The translations under genes and the position numbers were made by a program. This document shows, one piece after another, positions 1 through 10,256 of a stretch of DNA of 64,000 nt (position 1 is the first letter of the stretch; every line of letters starts with the position of its first letter). The stretch comes from an uncultured Bacteroidales bacterium (GTDB taxonomy: Bacteria > Bacteroidota > Bacteroidia > Bacteroidales > FEN-979): NCBI GenBank assembly GCA_903916595.1, contig CAIWXI010000010.1, positions 25,311 to 89,310 of the forward strand, given 5' to 3'. The notes below the pieces were generated by a model that was given only the letters and a program-made list of their open reading frames with translations, searched no databases and was not told the origin of the DNA.

Positions 1-1002
1 CTGAATCGGAACAGACCTGATCCTTGAAAGGCCGGAAGCCATTGTACCGGCCCAAAGGTTATCTTCCATATCTCTGAATAAAGACACAACCAGGTTCGAT
101 GCGAGATGTTTCCGGGAATCAAGCCGTTCGGTTTTTCCCGACAGGGTATTTAAAAATAACACTCCCTGCCCCTCAGTTGCAATAGCCAGAGTGTTTTTTC
201 CAAAGCCCGCGATCTGCCTTATACTGCTTCTGATAATCCCTTGTTTGTCCTCCCAGGTGTTGATTATCCCGTTTTTCATATAATACAAGTGGCCGTCAGC
301 GCTGCCGATCCATAAAGTATTTGCTAAATCCATCCACAAAGCGTTTATGTTATGATGCATCAGCCCTTCATGTTCGGTATACCTTTTTATCTCATCTTTC
401 CCAATCAAACAAAGACCGTTATCTGTTCCTACCCATACTTCTGAGCCCTTGCCGGGGCAAATAGCGTTAATGTCGTTGTCGCAAAGTCCTTCCGCAATGG
501 AAAATACCTTCGACGTACTTCGGCTGTATCTGATAATACCCCTGCCTGAAAGTCCGATCCAGAGATTATGATCGATATCTTCAGAAATGGCCGTTATGTT
601 TTTGTCCATAAAAACCTTCGCTGAATCCAAAACGCTCCATTGCTGATTCTTATACGTTAGAATCAGTCCCCTGCTGAAGCCGGCAATCAAGGTGCTGTCA
701 CTGGCGAGAAACAAGGCGCCGCAATCCTGGTATTTGAAAACATTTCCTGAAGATTTATTCAGATAGGTGAAATTGATCCCGTCAAACCTGAAAAGGCCAA
801 ACTCATTTGCCAGCCATAAATAGCCGTCGGGGGTCTGGGCTATATTATAAATGCTGGACGGTGCATTGTTTTCGGGGAGCCAGTTTCTTACCTGGTAGGA
901 CTGCCCCGAAATATCGTTCAGGTTTTCCTGGGAATAGGTAAATGGCATTTGAGAAATGAAAACAAATACCAACATTATCATAGCATAATTACGGCGCCAC
1001 AT
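1..1002 (-). CDS. N-terminal part of a two-component-regulator beta-propeller sensor (probable hybrid two-component system), truncated by the window edge
   Basis: Not in the ORF track because it is open at the edge. I read the minus strand from ATG (1002..1000): MWRRNYAMIMLVFVFISQMPFTYSQENLNDISGQSYQVRNWLPENNAPSSIYNIAQTPDGYLWLANEFGLFRFDG... I checked all triplets 1..1002 in this frame and found no stop. 'DGYLWL..GLFRFDG' is the typical propeller repeat of Bacteroidota HTCS periplasmic domains. Confidence 0.7.
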   Translation of the reverse strand, partial: MWRRNYAMIMLVFVFISQMPFTYSQENLNDISGQSYQVRNWLPENNAPSSIYNIAQTPDGYLWLANEFGLFRFDGINFTYLNKSSGNVFKYQDCGALFLASDSTLIAGFSRGLILTYKNQQWSVLDSAKVFMDKNITAISEDIDHNLWIGLSGRGIIRYSRSTSKVFSIAEGLCDNDINAICPGKGSEVWVGTDNGLCLIGKDEIKRYTEHEGLMHHNINALWMDLANTLWIGSADGHLYYMKNGIINTWEDKQGIIRSSIRQIAGFGKNTLAIATEGQGVLFLNTLSGKTERLDSRKHLASNLVVSLFRDMEDNLWAGTMASGLSRIRSVPIQ

Positions 1003-1128
1003 GCTAAAATATATTAATTCATTTACAAATCAAAGATATAACAATTTAAAGTTCTTAACAAATAATATTGTTTTATGCAGGATATTTAATAATTTAGTGC
1101 AAAAATTATTAACCAAAATTCCGATTAT

Positions 1129-1440
1129 ATGCCAGGCACTGATAAATTAACCGTTCACATTTTTAATTCGGCAGGGACTTTTGCAAAGTCGATAGTTATT
1201 GATCAGATCGATCTCACCCAACTACGCCCGGTCGATTTTATTCAACTTGTTTATCAAAAGAAATTGAATGTTACAACACCGGGTGGATCGATATGGAAAA
1301 TGGGTCGATGCATTCACCCTGCGGGAGACCCTAATCCTGCTCCCGGCACTCCCTTTAAAGAATTTGTATTTCTTACCGATCCCTCAAATGCAGTGCAGAA
1401 TAGCAATGAGGTGACTCTGGTTGAGATACAACTTGGCTAA
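1129..1440 (+). CDS. hypothetical protein (103 aa), no recognisable domain
   Basis: ATG-initiated ORF in an otherwise ORF-free gap. No signal peptide and no motif I recognise. Confidence 0.4.
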   Translation: MPGTDKLTVHIFNSAGTFAKSIVIDQIDLTQLRPVDFIQLVYQKKLNVTTPGGSIWKMGRCIHPAGDPNPAPGTPFKEFVFLTDPSNAVQNSNEVTLVEIQLG

Positions 1441-1495
1441 TTTGATTTGAAATTGAATCAGGCAAAGTAGTTCTGCGGAATCAGAATCTGCTTTG

Positions 1496-3637
1496 TTATT
1501 TCCTGCATTCCACCTCATCTACGAAAAGCCAGCATTTTTGACCCGGGGCGTAATGCCAGGGAGGATTTGTTTTTTGGTTTTTCGCGATCACTTTAATAAA
1601 TCTGACCGGGCGCTTGATGCCTTGGATTGTTATACTTATTATCTTGGGCTGTGCGATTAATGATGAAGAGTCGGGAGCAGAGAGTTTAAATTCACCGGCT
1701 TTTATAAAATTTTGCCCATTCTCACTGGCAAATATTTCAACCAGGGTAGGAGGGAAAATATACGAAGCCGTATTAATAAGGAAATTAATCTTTACCGAAC
1801 CAATGAGTTTCGGCTGCATGAGGTCTATCATTGCCTGAAAATCGTTATATTGAAATCCCAGCCACCGCCCGTCATGGAAATCCTCGCTTCCATTGATCCC
1901 GTCGGTAAGTGTGTGTGTATTCCCATGGAATTTTTCAGAAGGCTTGCTGGTGAAAACCACATTAGACCCTAGAGCCTCATGGCCTATAAAGCTTATACTG
2001 GAGGATGACTGTGAGGGGACATTCTTCAGAAAGGCTTTTGTATTAACCCTGCAAGCGGTAGTAATGGTTATTGTATCGGACGACACGGCGGATGATAAGG
2101 CGGGCATACTGCCATCGGTAGTATAGCGGATCACGGCCGTAGGGTCAGGGCAGCGAGGTGAAATCTTCCAGAATTTTTTTACTGAATCAAATGCCGCTGC
2201 AAGATGTACTTCCCTGTAATTGACAGCCAGGGAGTCAGTCCTGAAGGAACCCGCCGGTAGTCCCGATTGATCAAATACCGAAGCCGTATCAGTATTCAAA
2301 AAAGCATACCTAAGGTATTTGGGCGATGGAACATCCGTACTGCCTGCCATCACTGAATTTCCAACGAAAACGGCCCGTGCCTGCCTGAAAATCCCATCAC
2401 TTCCCGCGACCCTGAAACCGCTTAGAAAATCCTTCCTTCCGCCAAGAGCATCACTGTTTTTAAAAAAGACCTGTATCTTGTCTCCTTCAATCCGTGATAA
2501 CCGGTAGGCAGGTCCCGAAAATGAGGCAGGGTCTGCCTGAGAATATGTTCCGGCAAATGCCAGCAGTGCGAGTCGCCGCCCAACCTGCTGCTTGTTTTTC
2601 GGATGGATGTTTTGGATGTTGCCAATATCAAGAGTCACAGCCATTCCTGTGTTTTTCAGCTCAAGCGCTTTTTCCTGGGCTTCTCTCAAAAAACCGCTTG
2701 CTTCCTCAAAATCCTTGTAGTCGTAAGGGGCAATCTGGACAAAATAGAATGGAAGATCAGGCTTTTCCCAGTACTTTCGCCATGAAAGTATCATCGTTTT
2801 AAACAACGTCGCATAAAGGTCACAATCATAGCGGTTCGATTCTCCCTGGTACCAGATGACTCCTTTAATAGTATAATAGCGCAAAGGATATATCATCCCG
2901 TTAAACAGTACAGAAGGAGCTGAGGCTTCCCATTCAGGGTTATTCGGATGATTCAGGTAATAGGAAAGGCCGGGAGTGTCTTTCAGATATTCGTTTGGTG
3001 TCCAGGCCTCAGCGGGTGTGCCTCCCCAGCTAGAGACGATAAGGCCTACGGGCACATTGAATTTTTTATAGATCTCCAGCCCGAAATAAAAAGCGGTTGA
3101 GCTGAAATTCAGAATCGATGAAGCATCAGCTTGCAGCCAAAGGGCTTTACAACTGTCTGAAGGATGTTGTGAGACCTGCTGCCCGATAGTGCATAGCCGG
3201 ATCTTTCGCAGGTCGGTACTGTCGATCTGCTTTTTTAGTCCGCTGTAATACTTCCATCCACCAAGCATATTTAACGTGAACTCCATGTTCGACTGACCGC
3301 TGCAAAACCAGACTTCTCCAAGCATCACATCCCTGAGCTCTACCTTGTTCTTTCCGGTAAAACGAATTGTATAGGGTCCTCCAGGACCTCCCGAAAACAG
3401 TTTAAGCTTCCACTGCCCGGTCTGGTCGGCCTGTATGGAGTAATTTTTACTGTCCCAACTTGTGAAAACGGTAAAACCTTCCCCCCGGTCGGCCCTGCCC
3501 CACAGAGTGATCCAGCTGAATTGCTGCAGCACCATATGGTCGGAAAGAACCGACGGCAAAATGACCTCCCCGCTAAGCGATTTTACTAACAGCAGAAAAA
3601 GAAATGAACAAAGCAGCCTTTTGATTAACCTTAACAT
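1496..3637 (-). CDS. sialate O-acetylesterase family protein with C-terminal carbohydrate-binding (discoidin-like) module
   Basis: 713 aa with a signal peptide. SASA-type motifs 'GEVWFCSGQSNME' and 'VIWYQGESN'. 'IRYTTDGSMP' is a CHB_HEX_C-like segment, followed by a discoidin-like C-terminus. Confidence 0.8.
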   Translation of the reverse strand: MLRLIKRLLCSFLFLLLVKSLSGEVILPSVLSDHMVLQQFSWITLWGRADRGEGFTVFTSWDSKNYSIQADQTGQWKLKLFSGGPGGPYTIRFTGKNKVELRDVMLGEVWFCSGQSNMEFTLNMLGGWKYYSGLKKQIDSTDLRKIRLCTIGQQVSQHPSDSCKALWLQADASSILNFSSTAFYFGLEIYKKFNVPVGLIVSSWGGTPAEAWTPNEYLKDTPGLSYYLNHPNNPEWEASAPSVLFNGMIYPLRYYTIKGVIWYQGESNRYDCDLYATLFKTMILSWRKYWEKPDLPFYFVQIAPYDYKDFEEASGFLREAQEKALELKNTGMAVTLDIGNIQNIHPKNKQQVGRRLALLAFAGTYSQADPASFSGPAYRLSRIEGDKIQVFFKNSDALGGRKDFLSGFRVAGSDGIFRQARAVFVGNSVMAGSTDVPSPKYLRYAFLNTDTASVFDQSGLPAGSFRTDSLAVNYREVHLAAAFDSVKKFWKISPRCPDPTAVIRYTTDGSMPALSSAVSSDTITITTACRVNTKAFLKNVPSQSSSSISFIGHEALGSNVVFTSKPSEKFHGNTHTLTDGINGSEDFHDGRWLGFQYNDFQAMIDLMQPKLIGSVKINFLINTASYIFPPTLVEIFASENGQNFIKAGEFKLSAPDSSSLIAQPKIISITIQGIKRPVRFIKVIAKNQKTNPPWHYAPGQKCWLFVDEVECRK

Positions 3638-3705
3638 TGTTCCAAAGATCAGATTTTATAATTTTAACGCCTGAATAATCTTACAATTCTCAAACAAATA
3701 TACTA

Positions 3706-5754
3706 ATGAAACGATCACTGGTCCTGATTTTGCTTTCTTTTTGTTTTGTTCCCTGGCTCTCTGCCCAGAAGGAAACTGCCGCTGAACATGATACGCGTAT
3801 GCAATGGTGGCGTGATGCACGGTTCGGAATGTTTATCCATTGGGGGTTATATGCGGTTCCCGCCGGAACCTGGAACGGAAAGACCGGGTACGGGGAATGG
3901 ATCCGCACTTCGGCCGAGATTCCCCTGGAAACCTATGATAAATTTGTTCCCGAATTCAATCCGGTCAATTTCAATGCAGAGGAATGGGTAAAGACAGCCA
4001 GGAATGCAGGCATGAAATATATTGTCATCACCTCGAAACACCATGATGGGTTTTGTATGTTCGGCACCAGGCAGACCGGTTTCAATATCATGAAAACGCC
4101 CTTTCAGAGGGATCCCATGAGAGAGCTTGCTGCAGCATGCAAAAAGTATGGACTTAAATTCTGTTTTTATTATTCAATCATGGACTGGCATCATCCCGAT
4201 TATCTGCCTCGCAGGGAATGGGAGAAGGACAGGCCTGCCGGAGATGCTGATTATAATAAGTATGTGGACTATATGAAGGCTGAACTCAAGGAACTCCTCA
4301 CTCAGTATGGCGATATAGGAGTACTCTGGTTCGACGGGGAATGGGAATCGACATGGAACCAGACCCGGGGGCTAGATCTGTATTATTATGTGAAAAGCCT
4401 TCAGCCTTCAATCATAATAAACAACAGGGTAGGCGCCGGAAGGCTGGATATGGAAGGCCTAACCAAACAAGGGATGTTCGGTGGCGATTTCGGCACTCCT
4501 GAGCAGCAGGTACCTCCAACAGGACTTCCCGGAACCGACTGGGAGACCTGCATGACCATGAACGACCATTGGGGCTATAACAGCAATGACAAGAATTTCA
4601 AAAGCTCAAAGGAGCTTATCCGCATGCTTGCCGATATTGCCTCAAAAGGCGGGAACTTACTATTAAACGTGGGGCCTACCGCACTGGGCACTTTTCCCGG
4701 CGAAAGTTCCGAAAAACTAAAGGACATCGGAAAATGGATGGAGCTGAACTCCGAATCAATATATGGTACTACGGCCAGCCCCCTGAACTTTACACCCTGG
4801 GGCAGATGTACCATGAAAACCACCAAAGAAGGCTTTCGACTGTATCTTCATGTGTTTGGCTGGCCAACAAACGGACAGCTGCTTATAGAGGGATGCCTGA
4901 ACAAAGTGGGCAAAGCGTTCATTCTTTCGAATAAAAACCATACCGGGCTCAAAACAGAGAAAATAAATGATGCAATAACCATCAGGCTGCCAAAAATACC
5001 ACCAGACAGCATAAATACCGTGATCGTTCTCGATTTGAAAGGTGAACCCGACTTTACCAATCCTCCCGGGATCCTTGCCGATTATTCCAGTTTGGTCGAT
5101 TCCCTGAAGATCATTATCACTTCTTCACGAAAGAATGTGGAAATACGGTTCAAAGTGAGCGACTCTGCCCGGGTCGTTGATGCAAACGGAGTGCTTTACA
5201 AAGGACCTTTCAACCTCTACAATGAATGCATGGTCAATGCACGCTGCTTCAGGGATGGAAAACCGGTGAGCGGAACAGCCAGCAGGTTTTTTTACCTGAA
5301 AATACCCATGGCTGCCAAGGCTGTTTCTGATCTCAAACCCGGACTTTCCTACCGTTATTTTGAAGGCGAATGGGATCAGATTCCGAACTTCAAAAAAATG
5401 CTGCAATGGGTTTTTGGAGTGGTCGATACCCTCACCCTGGCACCGAAAAAACGCGATGAAAATTTTGGAATGTACTTCTTTGGTTATATAAAAATCCCGA
5501 AACGGGCGTTGTACAGATTCACTTTGTCCTCCGACGATGGCAGTAAGCTTATTATTGATGACCGTACCGTGATTAATAACGACGGATTACATTCTCTTCA
5601 GGAAAAAAGCGCTGAAATCGGACTGAACGCTGGATATCACTCGATCAGGGTGGAGTATCTGCAACGTACCGGGAGCGCCGGTCTGCAGCTCTACATTGAA
5701 AGCCGGGGAATGCCAAAAACACTGGTCAGGAAAGAAATGCTGTTCCATGAATAA
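3706..5754 (+). CDS. alpha-L-fucosidase (GH29) with C-terminal PA14-like module
   Basis: Signal peptide. GH29 motifs 'RFGMFIHWGLYAVPAG', 'ITSKHHDGFCMF' and 'WFDGEW'. The C-terminus 'YRYFEGEWDQIPNF...SSDDGSKLIIDD' is PA14-like. Confidence 0.85.
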   Translation: MKRSLVLILLSFCFVPWLSAQKETAAEHDTRMQWWRDARFGMFIHWGLYAVPAGTWNGKTGYGEWIRTSAEIPLETYDKFVPEFNPVNFNAEEWVKTARNAGMKYIVITSKHHDGFCMFGTRQTGFNIMKTPFQRDPMRELAAACKKYGLKFCFYYSIMDWHHPDYLPRREWEKDRPAGDADYNKYVDYMKAELKELLTQYGDIGVLWFDGEWESTWNQTRGLDLYYYVKSLQPSIIINNRVGAGRLDMEGLTKQGMFGGDFGTPEQQVPPTGLPGTDWETCMTMNDHWGYNSNDKNFKSSKELIRMLADIASKGGNLLLNVGPTALGTFPGESSEKLKDIGKWMELNSESIYGTTASPLNFTPWGRCTMKTTKEGFRLYLHVFGWPTNGQLLIEGCLNKVGKAFILSNKNHTGLKTEKINDAITIRLPKIPPDSINTVIVLDLKGEPDFTNPPGILADYSSLVDSLKIIITSSRKNVEIRFKVSDSARVVDANGVLYKGPFNLYNECMVNARCFRDGKPVSGTASRFFYLKIPMAAKAVSDLKPGLSYRYFEGEWDQIPNFKKMLQWVFGVVDTLTLAPKKRDENFGMYFFGYIKIPKRALYRFTLSSDDGSKLIIDDRTVINNDGLHSLQEKSAEIGLNAGYHSIRVEYLQRTGSAGLQLYIESRGMPKTLVRKEMLFHE

Positions 5755-8700
5755 ACGATTCCTTTGCCTGAGTCTGGCCTTTATTCTTTTACTTTCTGTC
5801 GCTAAGAATTTGTATGCAGCAGATGAAAAAACCTGGCCATCGGTTTGTTTCAAGGGTTGGGATCGCTCTGTAAGCGGTGGGGGTTTCGTGTATCATTCTC
5901 CTGAGCCTGATGTAAGAACCTCATTGCTGGTCCGTTCCGAAGATTCTCTTCAATACATCGAATGGGAAACAGAAACAGCGCCTTTAGAACTTTCTTCAGA
6001 TATTTTTCAGTTTGTGTGGATGTTCGGGATAGATGCCAATCAGAACGGCCATTCTTACAAGCTGTTCCTTAACGGAAGATATTGCCTGGAGTTCTCGAAT
6101 CCGCCGGTATCTGAGAAAAAAACATGGACGGTGAACGGAACCGATGGAATCTCCCTGACTTTCAGCGCAACCATGCTCGACAAATACAATGATCTGATGG
6201 GTTATGCCTTTCTTAAGGTGCCCTCAGCCCTTATCAGAAAAGGCGAACGTCAGAACCTCAGGGTAAGCGGGGAATCGGCAGGCAGCCGTACCTGGTATAT
6301 GACATTCGAAACGGGCGTGGCGGAAAAAACTATCCTGACCCAGCAGGACGCAGTCATCCGCGGAGCGAAAAACATAAATTATTTTACTGTCATAGCCGCT
6401 TTTGTCCATCTTGGCGATCCGGTAAAAACGACGATTGAGCAGGCCGGTGGAAAGATCACTGCCTTCATTCTTCAGCCTGGCTATAATGCTGTAAGACTAC
6501 TGTTTCCAATAACAGCCGCGGATCAGAAGCAAAACCTGAAGATCAGCATCGAAGGAAGTCCACCTCTGCACAAAGAGATCATTTTACATACTGTGAGGCC
6601 ATGGAAGCTCTATTTCGTTCAGCATGCTCATACTGATATAGGCTATACCAGGCCACAGACCGAGATCCTTCCCGAGCACCTCAGATATATCGATTATGCT
6701 CTCGATTACTGCGACCAGACCGATTCTCTTCCCGATGCGGCCAGGTTCAGGTGGACCTGCGAGACCTCCTGGGCACTGAATGAGTACCTTAAAACGCGGC
6801 CGGCTTCCCAGATCGAACGACTGAAACGCAGGGCTGCAGAAGGCAGGATCGAGCTTACCGGCCTCTATCTTAATTCTTCAGATCTTGCAGATGAAATAAC
6901 TATCGCAGCTTCGCTTCAGCCTGTAAATTATTTCCGAAGTCTGGGTTTTAAAGTGAAAACTGCGATGCAGGACGATATTAACGGGGTTCCCTGGTGCCTG
7001 GTTGATTATCTCAGCGGGGCCGGCATTGACTACCTGAATATGGGGCAGAATACCGACAGGGCATTGAAACCTTTTGACCGGCCGACTACTTTCTGGTGGG
7101 AAAGCCCCTCGGGCAAACGAATCATAGTGAACCGCCCCGAACATTACATGTGGGGCAACAACCTGGGTATTATCAACAGCAGGGAGGCTCTGGAAAAGAA
7201 CCTGTTCATCCATCTCTCGGAGATAAGCGGCAAAGGATACCCGTTCAATGAATATGCCATTCAGTTCAGCGGATACCTGACCGATAATTCGCCTCCCTCT
7301 ACAACCGCCTGCAATATCGTTAAGGAATGGAACGAAACTTATGTATGGCCTGAACTGCGGCTTGCCACGGTCTCTGAATTCATGGATCAGATTAAAGAGA
7401 AACATGCTTCGGAGCTGACTGTGATACGCGGAGCCTGGCCCGACTGGTGGATCGATGGTTTCGGTTCAGCCGCACTTACCACGGCTTACACCCGGATGGC
7501 CCATGCCGACTTTATTGCCAATAACGGGCTGATGGCCCTGGCGGTAATCATGGGAGCTGAGCTGAGCCCGCACATTGGGAGTCTTCATCAGCAGATCTTT
7601 GAAGACCTTGCTTTTTACGACGAACATACTTTTGGCGCGGCCGAAAGTATCACTGACCCCATGTGCGAAAACAGCGTGGTTCAGCTCGGCGAGAAACTGT
7701 CGTATGCCTGGGAAGCCGTGAAGAAAAACAGGATATTGCGAGAGGAAGTTATGGGTTGCGTGCAAAACTATCTTCCTTCTTATCCCAAAGAATCTTCCGT
7801 GGCGGTAATAAATACTCTCAACTGGAACCGTAGCGGGAATGTGAACCTGTATATCGATCAGCAGTTACTCCCGGCAGGCAGGCAATTCAGGATACTTGAT
7901 GCATCAAATAAAGAAGTGAAGGCCCAGTCCTGGAATGAACGTCCAGAGGGCAGCTACTGGACTCTTTTTGCCGAAAAGGTGCCACCTATGGGATTCAGCT
8001 CTTACCGTATCCTTGTTTCGGAGGAACCGCTGAAAAGGCCTGTACTCCCGAAATTTACCGGCAGCCTGGAGAACCCGTGGTATCTGCTGAAAATAGATAC
8101 TCTTACCGCTAAGATCATCAGCCTGTACGACAAGGACCTTCACCGGGAACTGGTCGACAAAGCAGCGAAATACGGCTTCGGTGAATTTATTTACGAAACC
8201 CTTGGAAAGAACCGGGAACAGATATCCAAAGGTCACCTTGATGAATATAAAAGGGAAACCTGGGAAAACATTAAAATACAGTCAGTTGAGAGAGGCCCGG
8301 TCTGGATAAGCCTCAAACTCACGGGTCAACTCCCGGGCTGTGCAAGCAGCGATGGAATACACTGTGAGATCAGACTCTACAGCGCTGAGAAAAAGATCGA
8401 ATTCCTGTACTCGATGAAAAAAACTGCTGTTACTGATCCCGAAGGAGTCTATATCGCTTTCCCCTTCGGCATGAAAAAAGAAAACAAGATGTTTTTTGAA
8501 GTCGCCGGGGCAGCGGTGGAGGCAGGAAAAGACCAGATTAATGGTTCTGCCTCCGATTGGCAGGGGATACAGAATTTTGTAACACTCACCGACGATAGCT
8601 GCAGTGTGGTTTTTGTCTCGCCCGAGATTCCCCTCGTGCAGCTTGGAGATCTCAACCTCGGCAGGTTCTCGGCTGTGGTTCAGAAGCCTGCCCCGGTAAT

Positions 8701-9184
8701 TTATTCCTGGGTGCTGAATAATTACTGGACCACCAACTTTCTGGCCAGCCAGGAAGGAGAACTGAAGTGGACCTACCAGATCACTTCGGGCCCTCACTCA
8801 GCCAACGACGTGGCGGCCCGTTTTGCCTGGGCTGCCCGGCTGCCTATGCTGGCCAGAGTATCGCCTTCGGGCAACAAAAACAATAATGCAAATGAAGAAG
8901 CGTTTATGGGGAATATTCCCCAAAACATATTACTTTTGAATGCCTTACCCTCTACAGGCCAGAAGGGTGTGGTATACCAGCTACGCGAAACCGCCGGTCA
9001 CGAGGCTAGTTTCAATCCCCTGTCGCTGTTGAAATTTCATGCTGCCAACGAGGCTCAGAAAAAGAAGAACATCAGAGTTTCCCGGGTGAATGTGCTTGGT
9101 GAGGAGATCTCTCCGCTGAAAGGAGAACTGACGATGGCCGCTTTTGAAACAATATTTATAAAACTTGAATGGAATGAACAGTAA
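5747..9184 (+). CDS. glycoside hydrolase family 38 (alpha-mannosidase-like)
   Basis: 'YFVQHAHTDIGYTRPQ' is the GH38 N-terminal metal-site motif. I moved the start from 5696 to ATG 5747, which gives the signal peptide MNKRFLCLSLAFILLLSVAKNLYA. It overlaps the GH29 stop by 8 nt. Confidence 0.8.
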   Translation: MNKRFLCLSLAFILLLSVAKNLYAADEKTWPSVCFKGWDRSVSGGGFVYHSPEPDVRTSLLVRSEDSLQYIEWETETAPLELSSDIFQFVWMFGIDANQNGHSYKLFLNGRYCLEFSNPPVSEKKTWTVNGTDGISLTFSATMLDKYNDLMGYAFLKVPSALIRKGERQNLRVSGESAGSRTWYMTFETGVAEKTILTQQDAVIRGAKNINYFTVIAAFVHLGDPVKTTIEQAGGKITAFILQPGYNAVRLLFPITAADQKQNLKISIEGSPPLHKEIILHTVRPWKLYFVQHAHTDIGYTRPQTEILPEHLRYIDYALDYCDQTDSLPDAARFRWTCETSWALNEYLKTRPASQIERLKRRAAEGRIELTGLYLNSSDLADEITIAASLQPVNYFRSLGFKVKTAMQDDINGVPWCLVDYLSGAGIDYLNMGQNTDRALKPFDRPTTFWWESPSGKRIIVNRPEHYMWGNNLGIINSREALEKNLFIHLSEISGKGYPFNEYAIQFSGYLTDNSPPSTTACNIVKEWNETYVWPELRLATVSEFMDQIKEKHASELTVIRGAWPDWWIDGFGSAALTTAYTRMAHADFIANNGLMALAVIMGAELSPHIGSLHQQIFEDLAFYDEHTFGAAESITDPMCENSVVQLGEKLSYAWEAVKKNRILREEVMGCVQNYLPSYPKESSVAVINTLNWNRSGNVNLYIDQQLLPAGRQFRILDASNKEVKAQSWNERPEGSYWTLFAEKVPPMGFSSYRILVSEEPLKRPVLPKFTGSLENPWYLLKIDTLTAKIISLYDKDLHRELVDKAAKYGFGEFIYETLGKNREQISKGHLDEYKRETWENIKIQSVERGPVWISLKLTGQLPGCASSDGIHCEIRLYSAEKKIEFLYSMKKTAVTDPEGVYIAFPFGMKKENKMFFEVAGAAVEAGKDQINGSASDWQGIQNFVTLTDDSCSVVFVSPEIPLVQLGDLNLGRFSAVVQKPAPVIYSWVLNNYWTTNFLASQEGELKWTYQITSGPHSANDVAARFAWAARLPMLARVSPSGNKNNNANEEAFMGNIPQNILLLNALPSTGQKGVVYQLRETAGHEASFNPLSLLKFHAANEAQKKKNIRVSRVNVLGEEISPLKGELTMAAFETIFIKLEWNEQ

Positions 9185-10256
9185 AAATTATCTGATACTC
9201 GACGATGGGATTCGGCTGGAAGGCAAACATTTCGGAGCCGACCGCTCCGTTGCCGGGGAAGTCGTTTTCAATACCGCGATGACCGGATATCCTGAAAGTC
9301 TTACCGATCCTTCGTACAAAGGGCAGATACTGACGCTTACCTACCCCCTGATCGGTAACTATGGTGTGCCCCGCGACCGTTTTGAAAAAGGACTGTCGAA
9401 ATTTTTCGAATCCGATCATGTACATATCACCGGTCTTATCATTTCTGATTATTCGGCCGACTATAGTCACTGGAATGCCATGAAAAGCCTGTCTGACTGG
9501 CTGCGCGAATACAATGTACCCGGTTTGTTTGGTATCGACACCCGTGCACTTACCAAACATCTCCGCGAAAAAGGGACCATGCTCGGAAAAATCATTTCCT
9601 CATCCGAAGGTGATATTGATTTTTACGACCCCAACAGGGATAACCTGGTAGCCATGGTAAGTATTCCAAAACCCCAGGTTTACGAGGGAAATGATCAGAA
9701 AGTGATACTGGTTGACTGCGGAGTGAAAAACAATATTCTCCGTTGCCTCATCGATCTGGGGGTTACGGTAAAAAGAGTACCATGGGATTATGATTTTACA
9801 AAAGAGGATTACAGCGGATTGGTTATCTCGAATGGCCCGGGCGATCCCCGGATGTGTGCGGCAACCATAAGCCATATTGCAAAAGCGCTTGAACGGGATA
9901 CGCCTGTCTTCGGGATATGCCTGGGAAACCAGCTTATGTCGGTCGCGGGAGGCGCAAGCACCTATAAACTGAAATACGGCCATCGGGGATACAACCAGCC
10001 GGTACTGAGGGTGGGTTCTAACAGGGCCTACATCACCAGCCAGAATCATGGCTTTGCTGTAGACAACGAAACACTGGGCCCCGATTGGGAACCATACTTT
10101 ATTAACCTCAACGACAATACCAACGAAGGAATACGGCATAAAACAAAACCTTTCTTCTCGACCCAGTTTCATCCTGAAGCCTCTGGTGGTCCTAACGACA
10201 CAAAATTCCTGTTTGATGAGTTTCACCGCTTGATGGAGAAAGGCAGTAAAAAATGA
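9174..10256 (+). CDS. carA: carbamoyl-phosphate synthase small (glutamine amidotransferase) subunit
   Basis: 'GICLGNQL' nucleophile motif and '[16 protein letters not shown]'. The ORF track starts at TTG 9165; I chose ATG 9174 ([12 protein letters not shown]...). ATGA overlap with carB. Confidence 0.9.
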   Translation: MNSKNYLILDDGIRLEGKHFGADRSVAGEVVFNTAMTGYPESLTDPSYKGQILTLTYPLIGNYGVPRDRFEKGLSKFFESDHVHITGLIISDYSADYSHWNAMKSLSDWLREYNVPGLFGIDTRALTKHLREKGTMLGKIISSSEGDIDFYDPNRDNLVAMVSIPKPQVYEGNDQKVILVDCGVKNNILRCLIDLGVTVKRVPWDYDFTKEDYSGLVISNGPGDPRMCAATISHIAKALERDTPVFGICLGNQLMSVAGGASTYKLKYGHRGYNQPVLRVGSNRAYITSQNHGFAVDNETLGPDWEPYFINLNDNTNEGIRHKTKPFFSTQFHPEASGGPNDTKFLFDEFHRLMEKGSKK

